64,000 nucleotides of DNA, from the NCBI GenBank assembly GCA_951406725.2, contig OX597817.1, positions 12,214,001 to 12,278,000 of the forward strand, read 5' to 3'. Positions 39,401-53,300 of this stretch are shown piece after piece (position 1 is the stretch's first letter; each line of letters starts with the position of its first letter). Position numbers and translations under genes: made by a program. This stretch comes from Octopus vulgaris (taxonomy: Eukaryota). A model generated the notes under the pieces. That model was not told the DNA's origin. It saw only the letters and a list, made by a program, of their open reading frames with translations, and searched no databases.

Positions 39401-42363
39401 CTCGGTGGTGAGAGCTATTTTGTCTTGAAAGAAACTCGAAGTTATATTAGTGCGTTTATCTAAGAAAATAAATTATATATATATAAAGTTACCATGTAGT
39501 ATAGATCTTGATACAATGACTATATAAAAGATAAACCGGGAATTATCTTTCTTATAATAACCACATAGTTGGGAAGCGACTTTTTAATCACACAGCCTAC
39601 ATCTGTGCCTACCTTTTATTAATGCAAACATCATTATTTTGGTGCAGAGTAAAGAGATGGAGAGGTAAAAATCAGTAAAACACTGGGATAAAAGTTTTGC
39701 AGTATTTAGTTAGATCCCTATGACCTGAATTCATGTTCAGGAATTATAGAAAATGTTCAGTACAAGGTCTTCCGATTTTCTCAAGAACAGCTTAGATCAT
39801 ATAATTAAACTAGCAGTAACACCCAGCGTTGCTCAGGTTTGTAAGGGAAATAACTATATAAGCATTTTTAGAGATGTAAAGTATAATAGCCATCTCAATA
39901 TGGCTAACCACAAAGGGGGTGTTACTGTAGCTTTTTACGTTCTGAGATTTAATAATACATTTTTAGAGAGTTACTTCCCTTATATAATAGCAAAAAAAAT
40001 GCATTAAAAAATGGGAAAAAATTATGGTAAATTTTTTTTTAAATCGTAGACTCATCGTAGATGCGCACTAATACCCAGAAGGGCTCAATATGAATCACGA
40101 CTATAAGATACCCGCTTTTGGTTAAACTGCACTGCAAAATGTGGGAGTAGTTAGGAATCTAAATCGTAGGAGACAGACACACAACTTCACTTTTATATAT
40201 AAAGATGTATGGGACAAAGCTATACATTGACTGGATGAATGCTGAGAGAGATTGTTTAATAACTATTTATAAATTTATCATCATGACATTTAATGGTATA
40301 CCGTTGGTTGTAATAACATCACTGGTTATGGTCAAGATGCTTATGATAATACCAGTCATAAGCTTATGATGATATCTACTAGTACTACTGTACTAGTAGA
40401 AGCATATGAGCTGAGATTAGCTGTATAAATCAACCTACTAGAAAAGGCATCCAAATCTCAATGAAATCACAGCTATTTTGAATAAAAGTCATATTAAACA
40501 ATGTAAGCCTAGACATATTCCCAAAATGACATGATGGAATGCCTTTGATCAGAGGTATGCTAAATCAGAAGTGGCCCAGGGCTAAACAACAAAGAATGTT
40601 AAAAAGGTCTATGTTTTGCTTTGTGCTTGACAGAGCGTGGCCGTTTGCCAGCCTCGTCCAGCACCTGTGTCAGTGGCACATAAAAAACACCATCCGAGCG
40701 TGGCCGTTCGTCTGGCACCTGTGCCGGTGGCACATAAAAAGCACCCACTACACTCACAGAGTGGTTGGCGTTAGGAAGGGCATCCAGCTGTAGAAACACT
40801 GCCAGATCTGACTGGCCTGGTGCAGCCCTCGGGCTTCCCAAAACTCAGTTGAACCGTCCAACCCATGCTAGCATGGAAAGCGGACGTTAAACGATGATGA
40901 CGATGATGATGAACGAAATGTTTAAGTGCATGTGTTTAAATGTGTGTGTATGTGTGCATGTGCATACCAAATCTGAAATAAAGCATATATCTTACCTTAG
41001 ATGCTTTAGCACTGCCTGGCAAGTTTATTACTAGGGTCTGGCCACGGATACCACACACTAATCTATGGAGATAACAGAGATATCAAGATCATTAACCAAG
41101 CTAATTAGATATACTCATGTATGATGAAATTTTCTAACAGACAGGAAGTTTGAGGATTTTAGGAAAAGAAATTAAGTTGCAACATTCATACACTTCCCAA
41201 CAATGATGTAATGGAAGAAGCTGAGGAGGCAGATAGCTTAGTGGTGAGGGTATTCAGCTCATGATCATAGGGTTGTGAGTTCAACTCCTGGTGATGTGCG
41301 GTGTCTTTGAGCATGACACTTTATTTCACATAGCTCCAGTCTACTCAGTTGGCAAAAATGAGTAGCACCTGTATTTTAAAGGGCCAGCCTTGTCATACTC
41401 TGTGTCACGCTGATTCTCCCTGAGAATTACATTAACCCTTTCATTACCAACCCGGCTGAAACTGGCTCTGGCTCTTTAGTACAAATGTCTTGTTTTCATA
41501 AGTTCTGAATTAAAATCTTCCGTAAAATCTTAGACACAATTTATGTTCCTAAAACTAACTTAATGATGACTAAGTTATTTTATTAAATTATTTGTTATAT
41601 TTAAAGTAATTGAAAGAAATACAGAGCATCTCAGAATAAATACAGTAATGAAAGGGTTAGGGGTACATGTGTCTGAGAAATGCTCAGCCACTGTTCCATC
41701 AATTGGATGAACTGGAACACTCATTGTCGTAACCAATGAAGTACCAGGAAGAAGCTAGAAATGAGAACTGAAACCAAGTTACAAGCTTGATGCATGAAAA
41801 TTGTATCATGCCACCAGAGTACCACTCCTGGACATATCTAGACACAAAAATTGCTAGATGTATGTACAGCTGTATAGTTAACAAGTTTGCTTCCCAACCA
41901 TTTGGTTTCGGATCCAGCCCACTGCATGGCACCTTGGACAATTATCTTCTATTCAGTAATCTTGATCTCCAACTTAATGCAGAGGTTGTGTCAGAACACA
42001 GATTACTATGTTATTTATCTTGAGAGGGCCTTTCATGTGGAATTGTGGTACATAAAAGGACTCATAATTATATCATTGACAGACGAGAATTGTCTGCTAT
42101 GGCTGCCAGAACCATCAGATAACCATAAGCCTTGTGAGTGGATTTAGTAGAAGGAAACTGAAAGAAGTTTATCGTCGCCATGATAGATCATTAGCCACTA
42201 CACACATTTTTCTCTCTCCTTGTTTTTTTTTTCTCTGTGTCCCTTTCTGTAGAAGAGCGTAGGCTCAAAACGTAAAAGGCTTTTTCTATTCCTGAGCGTT
42301 ATACATCTGTTTGTTTTGTACACTACCTGTCTTTGTCTTTTGTTTTTTCGAAAACTTTCCCTT

Positions 42364-42413
<50 letters not shown>

Positions 42414-44763
42414 GTACATACACATGCATTATTTGTTATACATATATGTGTGCCTTGGGAAAGCAAACATACAAAATGCAATATTTTATATTTTAATGTA
42501 AAAAAAATTATGGAGTTAATAGAGAGAGCTTGAATGACAATGGAGCTGACAATAACGATTATGAGGTGACAACTATGTTGATCATAACAATCATGAGATG
42601 ACAATGATGTTGATAATAACAACCATGTGTTGATAATGATAATAACCATGTGATGACAGTGATGGTGGTGATGGTGATGATCATATGATGACAATAATGG
42701 TGCTGGTAACTAACATGGTAAAAAGGACATTCATGGTAACAAATAAGAAACGGTAATGTTGATGATGGTAAGAAACTGTAGAATATGATGGCAAAGATAA
42801 GAACTATGAAACACAAGAATGATAGTAATGAAATTGATGACAATGATGGTCATGGCAGCAATCCAAATGGTAGTCATATCTCTCTTGCATAAAGTTCTAA
42901 CTTAGTTAAAGCAATACAAAGAAAATGCCTTCATACCGAGATAGCACAGCCATAGGAGTGATTTCAAGAGATTTTTGAATCATTGCCACGGACAGTCCTG
43001 GTGCTTCCTTCTCAATGACCATCTTGGTAGCCTGCCAAAGAACGAAAAAAATAATAAAAAAAGAGATTAGTGAATCAAATATTGTTCACTGTTATATCAA
43101 CAACAATGCCCAAACAACTGATATACAATAAATGCTTGTTCATCCTTTAATGAAGCTCAAAAACCCACACTTCACACTGGTGGTAGTTGTGGCATGGGGC
43201 AGAGAGACAAATATTCACCATGAATCTATTTTACATTATATTTTCATAATCACCTTCAGCCAATTCATTAAACATAGCTGATATATATATATATATATAT
43301 ATGGATGGAAGCACTCCGTCGGTTACGACAACGAGGGTTCTGGTTGATCCGAATCAACGGAACAGCCTGCTCATGAAATTAACGTGTAAGTGGCTGAGCA
43401 CTCCACAGACACGTGCACCCTTAACGTAGTTCTCGGGGATATTTAGCGTGACACAGAGTGACAAGGCCGGCCCCTTGAAATACAGGTACAACAGAAACAG
43501 GAAGTAAGAGTGAGAGAAAGTTGTGGTGAAAGAGTACAGCAGGGATCACCACCACCCCCTGCCGGAGCCTCGTGGAGCTTTAGGTGTTTTCGCTCAATAA
43601 ACACTCACAACGCCCGGTCTGGGAATCGAAACCGCGATCCTATGACCGCGAGTCTGCTGCCCTAACCACTGGGCCATTGCGGCTATATATATATATACAT
43701 ATATAGATACACTTATACACACACATATAAATGATGTCTTGATGGAGTTTAATGTCATCAGCAAATACTTTCACTTTGCAATGATTTACGATGCTGGAAA
43801 TGTCATTTATGTAGATTATAAAGAGGAGCAGGCCCAAGACAGTCCCCTGAGGGACACCACTGATGACTTTTGTTGGGCTTCAGTGGACTCCATCGACCAC
43901 AACAGCGCAGACTGCTGCAAAAGAGAGTATATCCACTGACAGCTTTTTGGTGCATTCAAAAATCACATAACCTCCACCCCCAATTTTCTATGACAGGTTA
44001 GGGCCTGAAATACTCCAAACGGATACATAGCATGTTACTTAGTCAGATTAGCCCATCATTTACTCCACAAATGTTTTGTTGTCAATGCTGCACTTTCCCA
44101 TATCACCTGTTTCAACAAAACTGTAATATATTATATACAAACTGTGCCATTTTAATATCCCGAGCAACGCCGGGTGTCTCTGCTAGTGTATATATATATA
44201 TACAGTGGCTGCCCCCTCGTTATCGAGTGTGGCCATTGCATGAAGCTTAGTCAATGTTGTTATCGTGCAATGCCTGTGCAAGAAGATTTTTTTTTAAAGT
44301 GAGGAAAGGCTGTGCACTGAGTCAATCCCACTCACTAAGCAACAGCAGCCATAATCCGAAAAGAAGAACAAGTCAACATCATCGGTAACCACTGAGCCGC
44401 AGGTTTTATGTCGGAGTTATCCCAGTTACCTGAGTTACCTTCTCCTAGAAGGATGCCCTAACAAAGGCTACGAGTCCTTCACTCCCAATGGTTTAACCGC
44501 GCGATCGGGTATTCAGTCTGATTATTTCTATGTCCCCGCGCATGATACAGCCTTAAGCCTTAAGGTCACTTTCGAGTGCTACTGGTAACATGTAACCCAG
44601 TACAACCTGTTGCATGGCCGGGCCGCCAGCGACTAAACCGGCAACCCTACCAAGCTTGCTTGGTGAGGAGGGTGTTTATTGGACACCCTGCGGAATGAAA
44701 AGCAAAACCTGTCAAAGGGCGGAGGAACTCTTGAGAGTCAACGGCCATCCAATAAATGTGTAA

Positions 44764-44801
<38 letters not shown>

Positions 44802-47640
44802 GATGGGCTTCTCTCAGTTTCTTTCTATCAAATCCACTCACAAGGCTTTGGTCAGCCCGAGGCTAGAGCAGAAGACACTTGCCCAAAGTGTCACGCAGTG
44901 GGACTGAACCCAGCACCATGTGGTTAGGAAGCAAGCTTCTTACCACACACATGAATACGTACATATATATACATACACCCACAAACAGGTGAGAGCATGA
45001 GTCAGACAAGGGCACACACACACATTGTGTATCCATGCTAGTGTTTATGGGCTCTGTCCCTTTCCACTTGGTTATATCATTTCTAGTCAAATACGAATAA
45101 ATACTAAGAATTACATCTTAGACCATTTGTAAGGATAAATGAGGAAAGCAACAGGGATACATACACGATAATATGAATTTCTGTGAATACAGTAATTTCT
45201 GAATTAGAAATAGTTTATTTTCTACTAAATAAAAGTAAGTGCAGCCTTCACTTACCTCTGGGGTGACATCACGAGGGGCAAAACCAGTGCCTCCTGTGGT
45301 TAGAATTAGGTCTAATTTCAGGCTATCACACCAATCTTTAAGAATATCCTGTGAAAAAAAATATTAATGATTGTTAAGTAAGAATCTTTTCATTAAGAAA
45401 TTTTATTACAATTTTGAAAGGGTTTTAAGGCAAAGACTGTATTTTCCTATAACAGAAATTATCTTATGGCCCATAATCCACTTGTTATATTATTCTCTCT
45501 TATTAAAGCTTATAGATTCACTGAAAGCTGTAGCTTACGACATGATAAAAGATTTTTAATAAAGTACCCTTGGTTTACATTATTTATCTGGCAATATGCT
45601 GTCACCATAGCAAAATGTCCACCTAACTGTAAACAGACAACATGGATGGTACACCACATCATTATACACAACAGAGGTCTGTATAATTACAAGCCTTTTG
45701 TTAGGATATAGAGTTTTAGAGGTATGGATTTCATGAGTGATTTTCCCAAGATACACTTTACAATCTATATATATAAAGTTGAAGTTGTCTGTGTGTGGCA
45801 GGTTTGGTAGCCTTCAACTAACACTATCTCCTCTGAGGCCCTGCGGCACAAGTTGACCAAAATTGAGAGTATGATAGAAGAAGGCTTGCTCTTCATTCCA
45901 TAGAAGATAAAATTCAAATCGGACTGAGGCTATAGTATAAGACACTTGCCCAAGGTGCTGCACAGTGGGTCTGAACCCAGAACCATATGATTGGGAAACA
46001 AGCTACTTACCACACAGCCATTCCTGCACCTATATGTACAGGGTGCATAAGGTATTTGAGTTCATACCATTTTTCGGTCATTGCTGCATTTTTTGCTAAC
46101 TCTGTATAATCTTTGTTTCAGAAAATAACAATGGCAGGCCCTCAGCTTGCTCAAGAAATGAAGAGGCATGCTGTTATTGGGGTTATAAAGGCTGAGCATA
46201 GCGATTTAGAAATATCTGTTTTTAAAATTTGCCAGATCTTTTGTCTACAAAGTTTGTAAGGAACTAGAGACTGATGATGGAAACATATCAACAGTAGCAA
46301 AGCATAAAAATCTTTCTAAATGCTCTGAAATCATCAGAACACCTGGATTTATCCAGCAAATTCAACAGGCCATTGATTACAATCCCAGAAAATCCATGAG
46401 GTAAATTGAAAAAGTACTTCATGTGTCAGAAGGAGCAGTTAGAAATGTTGTCCATGAAGACATCAGATATAAATCTTATATGATGAGGAAAGGTCAATTT
46501 GTCAAAAAAAGCAAAAGAAAAACACTACATTAGATCTAAAAGGCTCTTAAACAAACTGAAAAATCCAGCAGATGATTTGATTTGGTTTTTCTCACACAAG
46601 AAAAACTTCAACCGAGATCAAAAAGTTAACAGAAGAAATGACAGATGGTTATGTGCAGACCTTTCTGAAGTTCCAAGTGTTATGCATACAAAATTTCCTG
46701 CAACTGTCATGGATTTAGGGGTTGCCAGCAATGAAGGACATGTGATGCCTCCTTACTTCTTACCGCAAGGCCTTAGAGTTAACTCTGCCACCTACAATGA
46801 GGTCCTGGAAATAATTTTTAAGCCCTGGATAGACAGTGTATGCAATCGAAGGCCATATGTGTTTCAGTAAGACTCTGCACTATCACACATGGCTCTAGTA
46901 ACACAGGAATGGATGGCTGAAAATTTTCGTGATCATATAACCCCTAACATTTGGCCTCCTAATTCCCCAAATCTCAATCCGCTGGACTATTACATGTGGA
47001 GTGTTGTTGAGAGAGAGGTCAATGAACATACTCATAACACCAAAGATTCTTTGAAAGCTACTATAGTCAGAGTAATGTCCAAAATGAACCCGGACCACTT
47101 GATTTGAGTGTGTAGATGATTTAGATCTAATATGGAAGCAGTTGTTGAAGCTGAAGGTGGCTTTATTGAATAACATTATAGAAAAGAAGGTTTATTTTTA
47201 TCTTCATAGCATTTTTTGATAAATAAAGTTATTATCTGTTATTATATATCTGTTCTTTATATAAACATAAATCTGTCCTCAAATATCTTATGCACCCTGT
47301 ATATGTATATGCATATATGACTTTGTAAGCACTCTTGTTTTGGCATGATGGCTGTAAATGAGCATCACCATCATGCAAGAAATGTTGTTTATTTCCAGTC
47401 ATCTATGAAAAACATTGTCTGGCCATGAGGAAATATTTCCTTGCTTGGAGGCAGGTGATGTTGGCAACAGAAAGGACATCTGGCTGTACAAAATCTGCCT
47501 CAACAAACCCTGTCTGACTCATGTAAATATGGAGATGTGAACATTAAATGTTGATGGTGCATATATGATTGTATGTGTGAACATGAGTATATTTATGTCT
47601 CCTTGTTTTGACATCATGTGATCATTATACATGAATGTCA

Positions 47641-47683
<43 letters not shown>

Positions 47684-48265
47684 TACCAAATATATACGTG
47701 TTATTTATTATTTTGCACATTACTTAATCATTGTTATATGTTTTATCTTATATTTAATCTTTCTATAATATGTAATTTTTTAGATGATATAATTTAATTT
47801 TTCATTATTGAATTGATAATAGGTGTTTTTTTTTCTAATTTATAGATATATATATATATATTGTATTTTGTGAAATTTGATTTAGTATTTCTAAATTGAA
47901 TTTTTCCCTGTAAGTTTGGAATAATATTCCCTCATGTTATGATATATATATATATATATATATAGTTAATCCAAACAAGAAAACACAAAAAAAACACAAC
48001 AACGCAAGGACATGGAACAAATATAGTATTATTGGACGCTCAGGAAAGGGAAGAAGGAGGGTTTAACGTTTCGAGTGGAGCTCTTCGTCGGAAATAGGAG
48101 AAGGAAAGATCCCGAGAAGGGAAGACAAAGGAAAAAGATTGCCAACGGTACACACGAGGTCACAAAAATATATATACACACACAAACATATACACAAACG
48201 TATAAATATATATATATGTGTGTTTGTGTATATATATACATATATATACATACACAAACACACAC

Positions 48266-48296
<31 letters not shown>

Positions 48297-48326
48297 CACA
48301 AACATATAAATATATATATATGTGTG

Positions 48327-48376
<50 letters not shown>

Positions 48377-50151
48377 TATACACAAACATATAAATAAACA
48401 TATATACATTACACGCTATATATACATACACATACAAGAAAATTAAGACAAACCTTAATTTCAAGTAGTTCATCTGCAACCACTTGTTGTACTTCAACTA
48501 CACCTGGAATACTATAAAACAATAACAAAGGACATTATAAACAGCTGTTTAGTTCAAGTATAAAAAGAAATTCAAACAGTGACACAAAGCCAAAAATTAA
48601 TAAGGAAACAGAGTAGTTGATTTAATCCTCAAGCCTATTTTTTCACTTTTACTTTAACAACCTTGGAGTGGCTGAAAGCAAAACTAACTCTGGCAGTTTT
48701 GAAAACCACAGTAAAGTATTTAGATTTAGTACTAGCACATCTGCCAAAGAACTGTTTTGATAATAATCATCATCATCATCGTTTAGCGTCTGCTTTCCAT
48801 GCTGGCATGGGTTGGACGGTGCAACTGGGGTCTGGGAAGCCAGAAGGCTGCACCAGGCCCAGTCTGATCTGGCAATGTTTCTACGGCTGGATGCCCTTCC
48901 TAATGCCAACCACTCCATGAGTGTAGTGGGTGCTTTTTATGTGCCACCGGCACAGGTGCCAGACGAGGCTGGCAAACGGCCACGATCGGATGGTGCTTTT
49001 TACATGCCACCGGCACGGAGGCCAGGCGAGGCTGGCAAATGGCCACGATTGGATGGTGCTTTTTACGTGCCACCGGCACAGAAGCCAGTTGGGGCGGCGC
49101 TGGCAATGGCCACGTTCGGATGGTTCTCTTATGTGCCACCGGCACTGGTGTCATGGCTACAATTTCCATTCATGTTGATTGATTTGGATTTGTAATAATA
49201 ATAATAATAGCAATTTCAAATAAAGGCACAAAATCATACATTGGTAAATTGGTAAAATCATAAATTGGTAAATAATATGGACTTCATTTTTGACTGGTAC
49301 CTTATTTTATGGATGCCCATCCCCAGAGGGTTGAAAGTCAAAGTTAACCTTGTTAAGATTTGAACCCCTAACATAAAGAGATGAAACAAATATCTTAAGG
49401 CCTTTTGTTCAATGATTCTAAATAATAGTAATAATAATAATAATCCTTTCTACTGAAGGCACAAGGCCTTTAAATTTTGGTGGAGGGGACCAGTCAATTT
49501 CATCAACCCCAGTGTTTCACTGGTATTTAATTTATCGACCCCAACTCAGGATGTAGCAATGAGCAAAATACTGCTAAGAATTTCATCCAGCATGCTAACA
49601 ATTCTGCCAGCTCACCACCTCAATAATAATAATTTTTTTCTACTATAGGCACAAGGCCTGAAACTTGTGGGGTGGGGACTGGTTGAATACACCGACCCCA
49701 GTATTTCACTGGTACTTAATTTATTGACCCCCAAAAGGATGAAAGGCAAAGTCAAGCTTGATGGAATTCGAACTCAGAACATAGCAACAGATAAAATACT
49801 GCTCAGCATTTCGTCAAGCATGCTAACAATTCTGCTAACTTCCCACCTTAACAATAATAATAATAATAGTGATAATAATAATAATAATAATGATCCCTGG
49901 CTTACCATCCCTGCAAGAAGTGCAAAAGATTGTCTCAACTGGTACATCACATGTATTGAGAAGAGCATTGTCGATGTGAGAACTGTTGCTGCTCATGTAT
50001 TTTAATTTAACTTAAAAAAAAAAAAAAAAAATGAACGAACTATTGAGTTTGGTTTAATGGCCTACCAATGTATACTATGAGTTTCTTTGCCCTAGGAGTC
50101 GGGAAGACACTCGGCAAGAAATGGAAGCAAATTTGAAAGAAGAAAAAAAAA

Positions 50152-50184
<33 letters not shown>

Positions 50185-50265
50185 GTAATAATAATAATAA
50201 TGGTAATAATAATAATAATAATAATGGTAATAATAATAATCATAATAATAATAATAATAATAATA

Positions 50266-50306
<41 letters not shown>

Positions 50307-53300
50307 GATAGGGTGCCGAATTTCTGGCTCGCATCGCTCCCATGCGCACACGGTAAGCTAGTTCAGCTGCTCAATGGAATTTTGAGAGACCCAAAGAAAA
50401 CACCTGAATGGTTAGCAAGTGGCATTACTTACCTACTCCCAAAGAATAACGAAACCAACCTTCCAAAAAACTATCGGCCTATAACCTGTCTATCCACCAC
50501 GTATAAAATCCTAACATCTATCCTGGCGGAGAAAACATATGCATTCATGGAGAAGAACGATATTTTCCCCATTGAACAAAAAGGGTGCCGCCGAGGCTCT
50601 TACGGATGCAAAGATCAACTGCTAATCAATCGTATGATCCTTGAGAACTGTCACAACAAGCGCAGAAATCTCAGCACCGCATGGATTGACTATAAAAAGG
50701 CCTTCGACAGTATACCGCATCCATGGATCTTGAGATCGCTGGACATCTTTAAAATTTCCCCTGTGATTTCAAACTTCCTGAAGCACAATATGTCGTTGTG
50801 GAATACGAATCTCCAATTATACCACTCTAATGGAGTACTTGCCTCAGAAAATATAAACATCAACTGTGGAATTTTTCAAGGTGACTCACTTTCACCTTTA
50901 ATATTCTGCATAGCCCTAATACCCCTTACAAGTGAATTAAACAGAACAGGGTATGGGTATAAAATTGCCAATAAAAAAATAAGCCATCTATTTTATATGG
51001 ATGACTTAAAACTTTATGGTAAAGACAATAATGAACTTGAAGGCCTATTGCGCACCGTGAAAGCATTCAGCGATGACATCGGGATGGAGTTTGGACTTGA
51101 GAAGTGTGCCAAGGCCACTTTCCAGAATGGGAAAGTGAAGACCACAAATTCAGTCGTGTTAGATGTTGACACAATCATAAGAGAGCTTGAGCAAGAACAG
51201 ACATACAAATATTTAGGGATAAATGAAGGCTCTGGTATTCAGCATGCAAGCATGAAAGAGAAAATCAGGAAGGAATGTTATAGGAGAGTTCGTGCAGTCC
51301 TGAAATCTGAACTAAATGCACGTAACAAGGTGTTAGCTATAAATTCCTTAGCAGTTCCAGTTGTTACTTATAGCTACAATGTGTTGAACTGGAATATGAG
51401 TGAAGTAAAGAATATAGATAGAAAAATACGCAAGCTGCTGAGTTGTAATAGGATGCACCACCCAAAGGCAGACGTAGATCGCTTTTACCTTCCCAGAGCC
51501 CAAGGAGGTCGAGGCCTGATCCAATTTGAACTAGCTTACAAAACAACCACAATTGGACTGGCCAAATATCTCGAAATATCGAATGACTGGATGCTAAAGC
51601 TCGTGGAAAATCACGAGAGACGAAAGAAGCTTCATTCTATCATCAAGGAAAGCAAAAAATTTGCTATTGATCTCGTGCAGGATACCCAAACTGAACAACC
51701 CGAGGGAAGTACGGCAACTATTGTTGCAAAGAAGGTGAAAATGATGGCAATGAAAAAAGCGCACGAGCAATTGGCTGATAGGTGGGAGGAGAAACCTCTG
51801 CACGGCAAATATGTGACCCGCAGCAAACAAGCTGATGTTGACCAGAAGCAAACCCATCAGTGGCTGCGGAGCTCAGGGCTAAAAGCAGAGAGCGAAGGTT
51901 TCATCCTGGCTGCTCAAGACCAAAGCCTATTAACCCGGAACTACCAGGCCAATGTGATGAAAAATGGAGCAGACCCAAAATGCCGATTCTGCAACGACAT
52001 GATTGAAACAGTGGACCACCTAATCTCTGGATGTAAAGTCTTAGCACCAGTGGAGTATAAATTAAGACATGACAGAGTTGGTCAATATCTCCACTGGCTA
52101 ATAAGTCGGCATTACAATATCAAAACTGCCGACAAGTGGTATAATCACCACCCTGAGGCTGTAACTGAAGGAGAAAATGTAACCATTCTGTGGGACTTTC
52201 CAGTACATACAGACCGAACCATCAAGGCCAATAAACCAGATATTGTTGTGAAAGACCAAAACAATAAAGTTTGCTTATTGATCGACATGAGCATCCCCTG
52301 TGATCATAATATCTCAGCGAAAGAGTTTGACAAGCTCAGAAAATATAAAGACCTACTCATTGAAATTGAGAAAATGTGGCATCTCAAGGCAGTTACAATA
52401 CCAGTGATCGTAGGAGCACTAGGAATGATCAAGAAGGGAACCGAAAATTATATGAGAATGATCCCTGGCTTACCATCCCTGCAAGAAGTGCAAAAGATTG
52501 TCTTAACTGGTACATCACACGTATTGAGAAGAGCATTGTCGATGTGAGAACTGTTGCTGCTCATGTATTTTAATTTAACTTTAAAAAAAAAAAAAAAAAA
52601 ATGAACGAACTACTGAGTTTGGTTTAATGGCCTACCAATATATACTATGAGTTTCTTTGCCCTAGGAGTCGGGAAGACACTCGGCAAGAAATGGAAGAAA
52701 ATTTGAAAGAAGAAAAAAAAAAGTAATAATAATAATAAAGGTAATAATGATAATAATAATAATCATAATAATAATAATAATCATAATAATAATAATAATA
52801 ATAATGATTTCATTTATTTGCCACTAGGGTGAAGGATGAGGAGGACAAGTGTGGAGGTTCACATACAATGAAATAAAATAAGTATTAAAAAATAATTAAG
52901 TATACATAATATACAATGAAATGGAAGGGACATAAACGCAGTATACAAAGATTAAAAAATTTTAATTTTCACAGGTGTATCCTCAGAATTGGTCCATTCA
53001 TACTGGCCATTCTTGCGACATTCACCCACCTTTCATTAAACTTGCTACCAGCCATCACTTCCCTCTCTACTCTCATCTTCCTTTTCAAGTGAAACTTGAA
53101 AAAGTTGATGAGGCCTTGGCCAAAGAGGAAAGTGTCTGACCTTAGCCCTTTCAAACGGGTCCCCCATAAGCACAAGGATTGGATTTTGTGGGGAGGAGAA
53201 CAGTCGATCACATTGACCCCACCAGTGTTTCACTTGTACTTAATTTATTGACCCCGAACGGAAGAAAGGCAAAGTCAACACTGATGGAATTTGAACTCAG

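Noticed and set aside
48029-48497. Long Y/I/C/V-rich ORFs (also about 11.8-12.2 kb and 50040-50351)
   Set aside because: Microsatellite translations.
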